Sequence record: PQ631072.1
Length of the DNA stretch: 64,000 nucleotides
Origin: Escherichia phage EC.P2
Reading direction: 5' to 3' (one strand)
The translations under genes and the position numbers were made by a program. The notes beneath the pieces are model-generated. The model was not told the origin of the DNA and searched no databases. It worked only from the letters and a program-made list of their open reading frames with translations. Positions 25,646 through 36,775 of this stretch are shown here, in pieces; within the stretch, counting starts at the first letter, position 1; every line of letters starts with the position of its first letter.

Positions 25646-27805
25646 ATGAAACAGGCTATTTTTACTGTAACTCGAAATACGAGAGTAAATGCCAGTTCAT
25701 TCAGCTATAAGACCGTCGATGGAACGGCGGTCGCTGGTAGAGATTATGTAGCTAAACAGGGAACAGTAACGTTCCCTTCTGATGCAGATTCTGCTACTGT
25801 AGTGGTTGATGTATATGAACGTCCGGCAAACTCTTTAGATCTTTATTTTACTCTTGAGATTACTAGCATAAGTCAAAATAACATGATGATCAATGAAGAA
25901 ATTCGTTGTGTTATTACGACTGATCAATCGAATACAACCCCGCTAACTTGGCCTGTTGTGAAGTCTAGAATGTTTGATCCTAAGTTTTGGACAATAGATT
26001 CTCAAGCAACAGAAAGTTGTTCTATTATCTCTAATGGTGATTCTTTCACAGCAAGAATGGTTAATAGGACAGTGGCTGGTCTTGCTGGGATTATTTGGTC
26101 AACTTACGATAAATATGATCACAAAGGATTAGGCTACCAAGAACATTCTGACTTAAGTAAAGAGAAACTTTGGTTTAAAATGGAACTTAGTCAAGGTGTT
26201 CCTGGATTAAAAGAAGAAAAATTAATACCATCCTTAACAGTGACACTGAAGGATGAAACAGTTCATTATGTATCTCTAAACTTTTATGCAGAAGAAGTTT
26301 CAGAAGATGGTAAGACAGCAACAATCAAATTAGATTTCTCAAACTTAAAATCGGGGCCAGAAAATGATATTGTTGTTGACACTACACAAATAGATAATAT
26401 GTTCTTCTCCTTGATCTCAACGAGGTATCAAGAAATTGAAGATATTATTCCTGTAGACAATGAGGATCTTTCCTTTAAGTTTACCATACTGGAGCCTGAT
26501 ACTGGTTACAGTATGATGAATATGGGTAATTTAAATGTTCCAGCACACACCATAAGAATGTGTACATCTTATGATGATATGTATAACCTGACCCCAGAGC
26601 GAGTTATTTCTAACACCTACAGATTAGGTTATAGGGATATGATTAACCACTATAATGGTATGTCACACTATTATCAGTTTAGTTGGGATGCTGGTTCTAA
26701 TAAATGGGCTTTGAATAGAACAGAATATTTAAACCCAGCAACAGAAGCATGGTTTGATAATTTCCACGCTAATGCAAAAGCTATGGGCTACACAGTAATG
26801 AATTCCTTAAGTTTTGAACTTATGAGTACAGTGTGTCCTGTAGAATGGGTACAACATGCTTGGAATGATGATCTTGCTGCTACAGGTTATGAGCCACCAA
26901 GTTATGTTTTATCTCCTTCAATTGATGAAGGGATGAATTATTTACAAGGTGTAATAAATAAGATAGCTTCTATATCCGCTGCTAATGATCTTCCAGTTAT
27001 TATTCAGGTTGGTGAACCGTGGTGGTGGTATAACACAGCTACCAATCTACCGTGTATTTATGATTATACAACCAAAGTTGCATTTAATAATGAAACTGGA
27101 TTGTATGCACAAGATGTTGGTACAGTTAAAAATTATAAAACTGGTACACCATATGATGAATATTATGCCTTCCTATCTAAAACATTAGGACTGCGTGTTG
27201 CTAAATTTGCAACAGATACCAGATTAGCATATCCTGGAGCTAAAGTTACATTGTTACCATTTGTGCCATCCATTTTGGGTAATGGTATGATGGAGTTTGT
27301 TAACTTCCCTAAAGATTATTATATCCCAGAAAACTTTGACTTTTATTGTTCAGAATGTTATGATTGGTTGTTGGAAGGTAAGATGGAAAGATCTTTTGAC
27401 GCTATCACAATACCTAATGAGCAACTAGGTTTTAGTTATGATAAGATACATTATCTTGCAGGGTTTGTTCCAGATGCAACTCTAGCACCATTATATGGCT
27501 TTGATCCTGAATCAAACTATAGAACATATTTGTGGAAAATGATTATAGGCAATATTGTATTGAATGACCAGAAGTTTGTTGGTTTATATCAATACATATG
27601 GGCTTACCCGCAAATAATGCATGATTCAATAACTGTTCTTAATTCAAAATCCCAAGTGTTTTATATGGGTAATGTGCCTTTGAATTGCTACTTGCAAGAT
27701 ATCACTCTTAAACAGGTAAATGTTGAGATTGCCACTATAAGTGGAATTACATTAGCCACTAAATCTGGAGAAGATTTAGTAACAACACAAAAATTTTATA
27801 TATAG
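25646..27805 (+). CDS. tail fibre/tailspike protein (719 aa)
   Basis: ORF with AAGGA RBS in receptor-binding block. Confidence 0.45.
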   Translation: MKQAIFTVTRNTRVNASSFSYKTVDGTAVAGRDYVAKQGTVTFPSDADSATVVVDVYERPANSLDLYFTLEITSISQNNMMINEEIRCVITTDQSNTTPLTWPVVKSRMFDPKFWTIDSQATESCSIISNGDSFTARMVNRTVAGLAGIIWSTYDKYDHKGLGYQEHSDLSKEKLWFKMELSQGVPGLKEEKLIPSLTVTLKDETVHYVSLNFYAEEVSEDGKTATIKLDFSNLKSGPENDIVVDTTQIDNMFFSLISTRYQEIEDIIPVDNEDLSFKFTILEPDTGYSMMNMGNLNVPAHTIRMCTSYDDMYNLTPERVISNTYRLGYRDMINHYNGMSHYYQFSWDAGSNKWALNRTEYLNPATEAWFDNFHANAKAMGYTVMNSLSFELMSTVCPVEWVQHAWNDDLAATGYEPPSYVLSPSIDEGMNYLQGVINKIASISAANDLPVIIQVGEPWWWYNTATNLPCIYDYTTKVAFNNETGLYAQDVGTVKNYKTGTPYDEYYAFLSKTLGLRVAKFATDTRLAYPGAKVTLLPFVPSILGNGMMEFVNFPKDYYIPENFDFYCSECYDWLLEGKMERSFDAITIPNEQLGFSYDKIHYLAGFVPDATLAPLYGFDPESNYRTYLWKMIIGNIVLNDQKFVGLYQYIWAYPQIMHDSITVLNSKSQVFYMGNVPLNCYLQDITLKQVNVEIATISGITLATKSGEDLVTTQKFYI

Positions 27806-27813
27806 GAGTAAAA

Positions 27814-29979
27814 ATGTCAACTACAATTACTAATTTACCCGAAACATCAAAAGTTAATGGTTCAGATTACCTGGTTTTAGATCAACCTGATAAAACTGTT
27901 AAAAGCACAGTTTCCAACTTTCTTACTGACACTGGGGTGGTTTTAGCCACCCAGTTGAAAGATACAGATGGAGCAGATTTAATACAATCCTCAAATGGTA
28001 ATACTGTTCAGGAAGAGTTGAATAACAATCTTCTTAATGATCGTGAACAGTGGCGTCGTAGTCTTGCTGAGGCAGGGTTAACCCTTGTCAACGGTAGCTT
28101 TGAAGAAGGGGCTACAGTAAACAATAAGACGGATGCTGTTTGGCATATTGCTGGTGGGCAGTGCTATACGTGGGATGGCGAGTTCCCTAAAACTGTTCCT
28201 GCCGGATCAACCCCAGGAACATCTGGTGGTATTGGTACTGGAGCGTGGTTGAGTGTTGGTGATGCAACATTAAGAACAGAATTGTTATCTGTTAATGGTG
28301 CTGTAATTCAATCTTTTAACAGTGTTTCAGACATGAAATCTTACAATATAACAGCAGGAAGAACATATCATACAAAAGGATATTGGGCAGAAGGTGATGG
28401 TGGTGGTGCTCTATATTATGTCACAACTCCGTCAGGAGACGAACCAAATGGTTATAGCGATCACAAGTCTGAAAATGGTTTATACATTCGTTTGTTGTCA
28501 GAACCTACTGATTTGAATCATGGGGTTAAGATTAGCGATATTTATGACCCTGAAACGGCAAGGTGGAATCGAAACGCGATCCAAACTATGTTGCGTGATA
28601 CCCGCTGGAGCTATACCGAATGTAAAGCACAAGGCGTAATTTATCTTTTGGGTAGTGTAAATGTAGGTAGAGATAATATCACATTCAAAATCAACAAAGG
28701 GTGCTCGCTTAAAGGTAGGTATTCAGATCCTAGTATTTCAACCCCAGATCAAGGTGGACACATGATAGGATTCGCTAAATTTTTCGACCCGGATAATGGT
28801 GATTTTATACCATGGAGAGATGGTGATACACGTATTAACCCTTATATAGAAAATGTACATGTTATTTTAGAAGGTGACGTATCTACTGAATTTAACGACA
28901 GCCATATAAACAAATATAACAATAACTGTATAGGGTTCCTGAAGGCTAAAAATTGCAGTATTCGTGGTACAGGTGGTTCATCATCCAGCGACCATCGAGC
29001 TTTTAACTTTGACGGCATAGACACTAATGCCCCCAATGGCTCTGAAAACAGAGGTGGTAGCATTAATTGTCATATTGATGTTGGTTATTCTTACAATTGT
29101 GTAGACAACCCTTGCATGATTGCTGCTGACCAATTCACCGCAAGTAGTTGCAGCATTAAAATCGGCGATGTGCGTAAAATGGTAGCAGGTGGTTATAACA
29201 GTCCGATTGTTATAAATGTATCCGGCATCTCGCATTTCGATATTAATATAGGTAGATTTTTGGTTGATGGTGGTGTCACACCAGCGTTAGTTGTAGCTCG
29301 TGGCGCTCGTTCAGTTAACGTAACAGGTGGTGTTATACAGGGCTGTACAATGGGTGTGTATTCTGTAGATACCCTGGATATTTCTTTAAACATTAAGGAA
29401 ATGTTTAATGTACCAATAGGTGTTGCTGTTGCAAATAACAGCACTATCGGCCCGAGAAGTATTATTATTCGTGGAATTAACGCAGTTAACTCCAGCTTTT
29501 CCGCTGCTTATGCGCATCAAGCATCTGCATTACCAGCAGCATATGTCGAAATAGCTGATAATAACTTCAGTGCCGCTTCTAGTTCATTTAAGTTTATTGG
29601 TGGTAAAACTTCAGGAAACACTCCTAAAAGACAAAACATTCATGACAATGTTACATCTTCTACGGGAGATGGTGGTCAAGATCTCAACTATTTGCCAGGC
29701 ACTCAGAAAAACATTATAGGAGGTAGTTCAACTACTAGTCTCAGTGTCAACTTTAAAGATGGCAACTGGAATTTCACAAAAGCGACCGTAGTTGCTGGGC
29801 AAGGTGGTGGGCGTGGTATTGCCACCATTGATCTACTTGCTAAAGGCGTTTCCAGCAACAGCATGGTTATAAGGGCTGGTGCTTATGATGTCACTGTAGC
29901 TATGCCTGCCAATGGAAATACGCTGACAGTTAGCGTAGTGTCGCCAAACTTCATTGATTATGTGACGCTTCATAATTAG
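27814..29979 (+). CDS. tailspike protein with conserved N-terminal anchor modules
   Basis: Shares N-terminal motif with 22288 ORF and a Y-x-W-x-G-x-x-P-K-x-VPA-x-STP-x-x-GGI motif with 36790 ORF. Confidence 0.55.
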   Translation: MSTTITNLPETSKVNGSDYLVLDQPDKTVKSTVSNFLTDTGVVLATQLKDTDGADLIQSSNGNTVQEELNNNLLNDREQWRRSLAEAGLTLVNGSFEEGATVNNKTDAVWHIAGGQCYTWDGEFPKTVPAGSTPGTSGGIGTGAWLSVGDATLRTELLSVNGAVIQSFNSVSDMKSYNITAGRTYHTKGYWAEGDGGGALYYVTTPSGDEPNGYSDHKSENGLYIRLLSEPTDLNHGVKISDIYDPETARWNRNAIQTMLRDTRWSYTECKAQGVIYLLGSVNVGRDNITFKINKGCSLKGRYSDPSISTPDQGGHMIGFAKFFDPDNGDFIPWRDGDTRINPYIENVHVILEGDVSTEFNDSHINKYNNNCIGFLKAKNCSIRGTGGSSSSDHRAFNFDGIDTNAPNGSENRGGSINCHIDVGYSYNCVDNPCMIAADQFTASSCSIKIGDVRKMVAGGYNSPIVINVSGISHFDINIGRFLVDGGVTPALVVARGARSVNVTGGVIQGCTMGVYSVDTLDISLNIKEMFNVPIGVAVANNSTIGPRSIIIRGINAVNSSFSAAYAHQASALPAAYVEIADNNFSAASSSFKFIGGKTSGNTPKRQNIHDNVTSSTGDGGQDLNYLPGTQKNIIGGSSTTSLSVNFKDGNWNFTKATVVAGQGGGRGIATIDLLAKGVSSNSMVIRAGAYDVTVAMPANGNTLTVSVVSPNFIDYVTLHN

Positions 29980-29985
29980 TAACAT

Positions 29986-30005
29986 CCCCGCTTTGGCGGG
30001 GTTCT
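29986..30005 (+). terminator. hairpin terminator (weak U-tract)
   Basis: CCCCGC-TTTG-GCGGGG hairpin after tailspike stop. Confidence 0.4.
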
Positions 30006-30061
30006 ATAGACCTCGGAGAATTAGCTGTATATCGTGATTTAAAAAGTAATGAGAACGCACC

Positions 30062-30307
30062 ATGAGAAAATTTTTAATAGGTATGTTTTGTACATATCCT
30101 GATAATAAAGTCAGTTCTACTAAAGTTTGGAATGCTATTGGTATGATTGTTATGTCCAGTATGTTTATTTATTTGGGAATTGATAAAGAAATTCCTGAAT
30201 GGATGGGCTGGGCTTTTGTTTTTATGATCACACCATCCAGACTAATGAAGAATTTAATAGATTTACGTTGGGGCAGATCACCTGCCCCTGATAAGGAGGA
30301 TAACTAA
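30062..30307 (+). CDS. small membrane protein (two predicted TM helices)
   Basis: 81 aa with two hydrophobic segments and charged C-terminus. Confidence 0.4.
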   Translation: MRKFLIGMFCTYPDNKVSSTKVWNAIGMIVMSSMFIYLGIDKEIPEWMGWAFVFMITPSRLMKNLIDLRWGRSPAPDKEDN

Positions 30308-31794
30308 TGGCAGATTATGGTTTAACAGATGCTGGTTTTGTCATTCCAACATTTGATGATATTCTAAATAATTATATGACAGCATTGAAAAACACTTTCG
30401 GTGCAGATACAGCTACATCTGAAGATACTGTCTTTGGTCAACTGTTCCGTATTATTGCATACACAGATTACACCCTTTGGGAAGGTATGCAAGGTGTTTA
30501 CAATACCCAAACCTTAGATGGTGCAGAAGGTATTTACCTTGATGAAATCTTCTCTAAAAGAGGTTTTTATCGTAAAGCTGCTTCTGCTGGTAGTGGTTAT
30601 GCTTATGTTAAATCTAACAATAAGGCAGCTTGGACTTATGAACTAAGCACAGATGTTTATTTTAATGCCGATAACGATTTGACATATTATGTCAGTGCAC
30701 CAACAATGTTGAATGCTAAGATTGGAGCATATACCATTTCTAAAGCAAACGCAACAGCTTCTGGTGAAACTTCTATTACTTTCTACATTCAAAGTGCTAT
30801 TGATGGTGGTCTTAACAGTAAAACACTAAGTCCTAGCAATACAAACTTTATTGTAGATCTCACGAATTTCATTAAAGCTAACGTATCAACAACAGATCGT
30901 GCTTTAGTATGGAATGATGCTAGTAATGTTTACATGGGTTATAATCCAGAAGATAATGTTAACCCAATAGGTCTAGTAACACCAGTGAAATTTTATGCAT
31001 CCATTGCAATTGGTACAAAATGGAGTGAAATTCCAGTTACGTGTTCAGACGTTGGTTATAATCCAGTAGGCACAGAAAGTATTACAGGTATTTCTTCAAC
31101 GTTTACAGGCTTTTTAGATACAGGTAACTTCTATCCGTTCTCTCCAGGTACAGATGTTGAAACAGATGCAGAATTCCGTTCTCGTTTCAATGATAATATG
31201 GATGAAGCTAATGCTGCTACTCGTGCTGCTATTGTTAAAGCTCTATTACTGACAGATGGTGTGACAAAGGTTAAGATTTATGATAACCCTACACTACACG
31301 ATCAGGAACATGCTCCAGCTATGACATTCCAAACTATTGTGTACGGTGGTACAGCAGAAGAAGTTGCACAGGTTATTTATAATACTAAGCCTATTAACAC
31401 ATTAACTTATGGTACGACAGCAATTACTATCGTAACAGAAGATGGTGGTCAAGAAGTAATTCGTTTTTCTCCTGGTGATAATGCGGAATACTCACTTAAA
31501 CTGGTGTATCAAACTGGCAATGGTAGTGTGTTAAGTACAACAGAAAGGGAAAATATTGTTTCTGCTCTTGCAAACTTACAGGCTTATTTTGAATTAGGGT
31601 CAACAGTAACTAACGATCAGATAAAAGGTGTAATTTATTCTGCACTTGCGTTCGGACGCTTGACTTCTCTCCGTGTTTATGTTAAACTTAATACTGAGGA
31701 TGACAGTAAATATAATGAGGGAGATATTACTCCAGCGTACAATGTTGTACCATCCTTTGACCTTGATAATATTTCCTACGAGTACGGAGTCTAA
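30307..31794 (+). CDS. tail fibre/baseplate-associated protein (495 aa)
   Basis: ATG overlapping upstream stop, AAGGAGG RBS. Confidence 0.45.
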   Translation: MADYGLTDAGFVIPTFDDILNNYMTALKNTFGADTATSEDTVFGQLFRIIAYTDYTLWEGMQGVYNTQTLDGAEGIYLDEIFSKRGFYRKAASAGSGYAYVKSNNKAAWTYELSTDVYFNADNDLTYYVSAPTMLNAKIGAYTISKANATASGETSITFYIQSAIDGGLNSKTLSPSNTNFIVDLTNFIKANVSTTDRALVWNDASNVYMGYNPEDNVNPIGLVTPVKFYASIAIGTKWSEIPVTCSDVGYNPVGTESITGISSTFTGFLDTGNFYPFSPGTDVETDAEFRSRFNDNMDEANAATRAAIVKALLLTDGVTKVKIYDNPTLHDQEHAPAMTFQTIVYGGTAEEVAQVIYNTKPINTLTYGTTAITIVTEDGGQEVIRFSPGDNAEYSLKLVYQTGNGSVLSTTERENIVSALANLQAYFELGSTVTNDQIKGVIYSALAFGRLTSLRVYVKLNTEDDSKYNEGDITPAYNVVPSFDLDNISYEYGV

Positions 31795-31796
31795 AA

Positions 31797-32426
31797 ATGG
31801 CAGTGAGTGTTGACCATGTGACAACGTGGGATAGTATCAATGAAGATGTTAAAGACCTACTGATTGAAGATTTTAAATCTTCTCCGAACATTGTCAAACT
31901 ACTCTATATCATTTCTAGCGAAAAACAAAAGATAGATCAGGCAATGATCTATCTTGCCAAACACCGCTTAATCTCTACTGCAACTGGTAAGTATTTAGAT
32001 CTTATTGGTGAAGAAATGGGGATGGAAAGAAATGGTGCTACAGATGAAGAGTATCGTACAATATTAAAAATCAGGGCTTATCGTGTTGCGTCTTCTGGTA
32101 CGCGAGATGATATCATTGATATGTTCGCTCGTTTTACAGGAACAGAAAAAGAAACGATCAATACATACGTTGGATTAAATAAAACATTCGACGTATTCTT
32201 TTATAATTTGTGTCTACAATCCGATCAGGCAGTAGCACAGTTACTTAACGTTTTCCCGATCCTAAGCAGTTATCGCTTAGGTGCGAAAGCGGGTGCAGCC
32301 TTTGGTTTCACTTCCTATTATGCCACAAAGCCACCTCATGGTATAGGTGGTTTAGGTTCTCTTTACACAGAGGCTGAAGGAGATGATACAGGGCGAATGA
32401 CTATGCTGATAGCTCAAATAGAATAA
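31797..32426 (+). CDS. hypothetical tail protein
   Basis: Tightly packed ORF in fibre block. Confidence 0.4.
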   Translation: MAVSVDHVTTWDSINEDVKDLLIEDFKSSPNIVKLLYIISSEKQKIDQAMIYLAKHRLISTATGKYLDLIGEEMGMERNGATDEEYRTILKIRAYRVASSGTRDDIIDMFARFTGTEKETINTYVGLNKTFDVFFYNLCLQSDQAVAQLLNVFPILSSYRLGAKAGAAFGFTSYYATKPPHGIGGLGSLYTEAEGDDTGRMTMLIAQIE

Positions 32427-32439
32427 GGAGTTACCCTTA

Positions 32440-33420
32440 ATGGCAAAGCCACAATACTACCCTGACTGGGCGACACAAACAGTAACCCTCCCAGGAACGG
32501 GAAACACAAACAAGATTAGACCAAAAGAAACTATCCGTAATGTTGGTATGGACTTTGGTCAGATTATGACTTGTGAAGAAATGAACTGGATCTTAAACAA
32601 TATTGGGTCTTGGATTCGTTATATGCAAGATGAATTCTTCCCAACATTGCCTACTACATATCTTCCTATAGTCGGTACTAAAATTACAATGGCAGGTGAT
32701 GCTACAGGTGAAGTTACATGGAACGGTAATGCTGCTGTAACATTGTCTATCCAAGTCGTAGATAACAGTCATAATCACTTATCAGCTAACATTACAGACG
32801 CAACATCAAACCAAGTTGTAGGGAATGTCCTTGTTAAGCGTGATAATGGTGGTGCTATCTATGCAGGTGATATTTACACTTGTGGTACAGGTGCTACAGA
32901 TCCTGCAACATTATTTTTTAGAAACTATAATGGACAAACAGTAGGCAATATGTCTTCTGAACCAGGTGCAGGTGGTCAACTCTATATTTATAGAATAAAT
33001 CCATCTACTGGAGGAACATCTTGTGGAGTCCGTTTGTATGATGCAGGTTATGTTTTAATAGACAATCCTCGTTCTAATTCTGGTCAAGATACTGGCAATG
33101 GTAATGCTCTTGTAAGATTAGATTATCTTAACTCAAGACTAAACTCATTGCAAAGTACACTGCAAAATAATATTAACAACGTTAATAGCAACTTGCAAGG
33201 CCAAATTAATAACATTAACAATAGAGTTTCTTCTGTTGTGTCTTCTATCCGTCTAGGTACACGTATTAAAGCTGGTGTATCTGAATCTCCTTTCTATGCT
33301 GGTCACGTGATCACAGGCTGGGGTTTTGGTGATAAGAAAGAACTTCGTGGTGCTTGGTATTGGTCTGCTCCGCTACAATATTACATTAATGGTAGGTGGA
33401 TAACAGTAACCAACGTTTAG
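32440..33420 (+). CDS. tail fibre protein (putative)
   Basis: Asn/Gln-rich repeat segment (NNINNVNSNLQGQINNINN) typical of fibre shafts. Confidence 0.45.
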   Translation: MAKPQYYPDWATQTVTLPGTGNTNKIRPKETIRNVGMDFGQIMTCEEMNWILNNIGSWIRYMQDEFFPTLPTTYLPIVGTKITMAGDATGEVTWNGNAAVTLSIQVVDNSHNHLSANITDATSNQVVGNVLVKRDNGGAIYAGDIYTCGTGATDPATLFFRNYNGQTVGNMSSEPGAGGQLYIYRINPSTGGTSCGVRLYDAGYVLIDNPRSNSGQDTGNGNALVRLDYLNSRLNSLQSTLQNNINNVNSNLQGQINNINNRVSSVVSSIRLGTRIKAGVSESPFYAGHVITGWGFGDKKELRGAWYWSAPLQYYINGRWITVTNV

Positions 33421-33432
33421 TAAGGAGAACAC

Positions 33433-33984
33433 ATGAAAAAAGATGTTATTTACACTGGCTTTGAACTATATCAACCAGAATTGACAGAAGAAAATGTCAT
33501 CTATCTTTCAATAGGTGCTGGTTTTCTTAAAGATAAAGATGGTAATGATTGGTACGAAATTCAGAAATATTTATCTAAAAATTACCCTGATGCCTATTTC
33601 TTAACTCTAGATCACAACAATGTAGTTGTTGCAGCTACGAAAGATGTTTCTACATATTTTCCCGCTGGTCTTACTGTTCTTGTAACATACAATGTTCCAG
33701 ATAAGATAGAAGAAGAAAGCAATCTAGGATCGTGGAGATATGACAATGGTAAGTTTGTTTCTCATAATGGGTTTGCAATAGAAGATGCCAACCTTAAAAT
33801 GGAAAAAGAATTAACTTGGGCCACAAATCAAATATCTGCAATTCAAGATTTAGAGGAATTACAAGGTTTATCTGAAGAACAAAAAGATTGGTTAGGAAAA
33901 GTTAAACTATATCGTGCAACACTGATTCAAATTAACGTTGAAGATGCACCTAATATAACTTGGCCTACAAGACCTAAGAAATAG
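33433..33984 (+). CDS. tail fibre assembly/chaperone protein (putative)
   Basis: Small ORF directly after fibre gene; positional inference. Confidence 0.35.
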   Translation: MKKDVIYTGFELYQPELTEENVIYLSIGAGFLKDKDGNDWYEIQKYLSKNYPDAYFLTLDHNNVVVAATKDVSTYFPAGLTVLVTYNVPDKIEEESNLGSWRYDNGKFVSHNGFAIEDANLKMEKELTWATNQISAIQDLEELQGLSEEQKDWLGKVKLYRATLIQINVEDAPNITWPTRPKK

Positions 33985-33993
33985 GGGTAATGT

Positions 33994-34335
33994 ATGGAGC
34001 TAACAGAAGTATGGGATATCGCTAAAGAGGCGATTATCCCTCTTATTGGTGTAATCTGGGTGGTCTTCAAACAGAAGATAGATGATATAGCAAGTGATTT
34101 GGATAAAATGGAAGACAAATACCGTGAACTAGAAAAGAAGTTGGTGTTTGTTGAATCCACTTATGCTACCAAAGCAGAACTTGCTCAAATGCTTAACCAG
34201 ATCAACTCTACATTAATGGCAAATAATACTGCCTTAGAACAGAAAATTGAAAAAATAATGGATTTAAAAAATGCTCCTGTTCAATTAATGCTAGAGGAGA
34301 TTACGAAGCGCACACAAAGTAAGGACAAAAATTAA
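33994..34335 (+). CDS. hypothetical coiled-coil protein
   Basis: 113 aa, charged heptad-like sequence. Confidence 0.4.
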   Translation: MELTEVWDIAKEAIIPLIGVIWVVFKQKIDDIASDLDKMEDKYRELEKKLVFVESTYATKAELAQMLNQINSTLMANNTALEQKIEKIMDLKNAPVQLMLEEITKRTQSKDKN

Positions 34336-36749
34336 TGGCGAATTTTCCAACATATCCTGCTACGACACTAGAACAAGGTGTTGATCTGGTTATATTCTCG
34401 TCTAACCAGATGCATGATGTTATTAACGGGGATGCTACAGCAACTGTAGAAACCGAAACAGGTTTAATACCTACACTGCGTAAAGCACTTGTTGATAACT
34501 TCTTCTTTAAGAGTCCTGTTGCTTGGTCAGCAGGATCAACTGAAACTGTATTTAACCAGTTACGTTATTTTGAAAACGGCATCTTGAGTGGGTACTACTA
34601 TGCCCCATCTGCCACTACTGCGAACCCTGTACCTATGCAGGGTACACCTGTAGGAGACAGTAACTGGACTCTGTATGCTCTTAAAACTGAACAGTTAGCT
34701 TCAGATGTGTATCCTTGGTATTTTAAAGGTGCTACAGGGTATGAGACAGAAATCAGTCCTCCTTATATCTTTGATAATGCTATTGTCACCATTAACGGTG
34801 TAATTCAGATTCAGGGTGAAGCATTTACTATCAAAGATAGTAAAATTATTCTGGCAGAACCATTAGGTTTAGATCCGTCTACTGGTCTACCTAACAAATT
34901 GTTTGCTTTTATTGGTAAAACAACAGCCTCTACTTCTTACGTAGAGAAAAACCTTTTGTCATCTACCACTGGTGCAGCAATGGTTGGTCTTCCATCTGGA
35001 GGCAACCTGTTACAAGCTCAATACTTTGTAACGCCTGAGCAGTTTGGTGCAATTGGTGATGGAGTTACCGATGATACTCAAGCAATTCTAAAAACCATTA
35101 CTTTCGCTAACACGAATAACATTCAAGTACGTGCAGATAAGAATTATAGATTCACAAGCTCAATTGCTATGTCTGGTATTCGTTGGTATGGTGGTACATT
35201 CACTGGTAACGGTGGAACAATGATTTCTACTGTGTCCTGTTGGATTGAAAACGTTCGCTTTGAAAAATGTTATGTTAAGATGTTAGGTGGTGATTGCCGA
35301 TTCTATCGTAATATCTTCTCCAACGCAACATCTACAGCAGCATTCTTAATGCAAGCAATGACAAGTGAAGGTACGTTGGACTTCAGTTACAACGAAATGT
35401 ATGGTTGTAAATATGCGATCCTGCAACAAGGTACTGGAGAAGTAATGACCTATGGGCGTTACTCTAACAACTATATTCACGATATTAAAGGTGATGCTAT
35501 TGAACTTAACGTAGTTCAAAGACACTACACTGAAGGTTTGATCATCGAGAATAACCACATTGCTAACGTAGATGCTTCTGGACAAGGTGCAAACTGGGGT
35601 ATTGGTATTGGTGTAGCAGGTAGTGGCCCATATGGTGTTGATGCTCCTGATTCACAATATGTACGTAACTTCAGTATCGTTGGAAATAGAGTTTACAATT
35701 GCCGTCAATGTCTACACGTTGAAATGGGTAAAAACTTCACAATACGTGATAACGAAGTTTATCCTAACACAGCAGTTTCAACAGGTACAGGTTTAACTAC
35801 TTGTGGTGTTGCATTATACGGATGCCAAGACTTTGAAGTTGATGGTTTAACTGGTTATCTGCTTAATGATCCGTCTGTTTCAACACGCATGGTCTTTATT
35901 GACTGGGGTGTTAACGGTGGAAGATATGCGGGGCCACCAATTAACTTTACAATTAAGAATTTGGATATTCCAGAATCTTCGATTGAGATTGCAACGGCTG
36001 GATCAGACGCCTGGGAAAACTCTACAATTGTTAGTAACATCAATTGTAATGATTTTAAATGGCGTGGGCTACCATCTAGCTCTACTTTTAATAATATTCG
36101 TTGCCGTAGTATTGACTTTATTGGTCAACACGGAAGCGGAGAAGGAAGTGGTGGCGGTTTCTATACTCGCAGCCAATTCACTTATATGAAGTGGGTAGGA
36201 TGTACAGCACTTAGCGGAGATGAAACAACAGTTTCTTTTGCTAAAATCTACACGGATCGTTGCGATCAGGTTGGAAATAACTTTGGTGTTCCAACTGCTG
36301 TTGATGGTACAGGTCATCGTGGGCCAGTCTTAACCACTATTTCTGAACAATATTTTACAGATTATGATGAATTCCCAGGTGGGCGTGACTTCCCTACTGG
36401 AACAGTTATTCATTGTGCAAGCGGTAAAAAACACGTTGTTACAGTAGGTGGTGCTTTCTTTAGTAATAATGAGAAAATAAAAGCAACTGTTACAGGTCAA
36501 ACCTATCTACAGTCTAATGCTTTAAACTGGGCTAGTAATGGCTACGCTAAAGCGGCAGGTACTAAGATTGTTATTCCAGGTGCAGGAGCAAATGGTGGCG
36601 ATCTTGTGACAACTATAGCACGTGCTACGTATGTGACAAATAGTTTGTACACAATAGATATTGCAGATCCAATTGTAACACCTACAGCAGAGAATACACA
36701 AATTAAAGCTCTGAACCCTGTTACTTTTGTTACTGTCAATAATGCTTAA
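34335..36749 (+). CDS. tailspike with pectate-lyase-like beta-helix (putative depolymerase)
   Basis: Contains FGAIGDGVTDDTQAI, the hallmark motif of pectate-lyase-3-type beta-helix domains found in phage depolymerases. Confidence 0.6.
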   Translation: MANFPTYPATTLEQGVDLVIFSSNQMHDVINGDATATVETETGLIPTLRKALVDNFFFKSPVAWSAGSTETVFNQLRYFENGILSGYYYAPSATTANPVPMQGTPVGDSNWTLYALKTEQLASDVYPWYFKGATGYETEISPPYIFDNAIVTINGVIQIQGEAFTIKDSKIILAEPLGLDPSTGLPNKLFAFIGKTTASTSYVEKNLLSSTTGAAMVGLPSGGNLLQAQYFVTPEQFGAIGDGVTDDTQAILKTITFANTNNIQVRADKNYRFTSSIAMSGIRWYGGTFTGNGGTMISTVSCWIENVRFEKCYVKMLGGDCRFYRNIFSNATSTAAFLMQAMTSEGTLDFSYNEMYGCKYAILQQGTGEVMTYGRYSNNYIHDIKGDAIELNVVQRHYTEGLIIENNHIANVDASGQGANWGIGIGVAGSGPYGVDAPDSQYVRNFSIVGNRVYNCRQCLHVEMGKNFTIRDNEVYPNTAVSTGTGLTTCGVALYGCQDFEVDGLTGYLLNDPSVSTRMVFIDWGVNGGRYAGPPINFTIKNLDIPESSIEIATAGSDAWENSTIVSNINCNDFKWRGLPSSSTFNNIRCRSIDFIGQHGSGEGSGGGFYTRSQFTYMKWVGCTALSGDETTVSFAKIYTDRCDQVGNNFGVPTAVDGTGHRGPVLTTISEQYFTDYDEFPGGRDFPTGTVIHCASGKKHVVTVGGAFFSNNEKIKATVTGQTYLQSNALNWASNGYAKAAGTKIVIPGAGANGGDLVTTIARATYVTNSLYTIDIADPIVTPTAENTQIKALNPVTFVTVNNA

Positions 36750-36753
36750 TTAA

Positions 36754-36775
36754 AAGGGGCGAAAGCCCCTTTATA
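36754..36775 (+). terminator. hairpin terminator (GAAA loop)
   Basis: AAGGGGC-GAAA-GCCCCTT hairpin; same 18-mer occurs in minus sense at 47620-47637. Confidence 0.5.
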
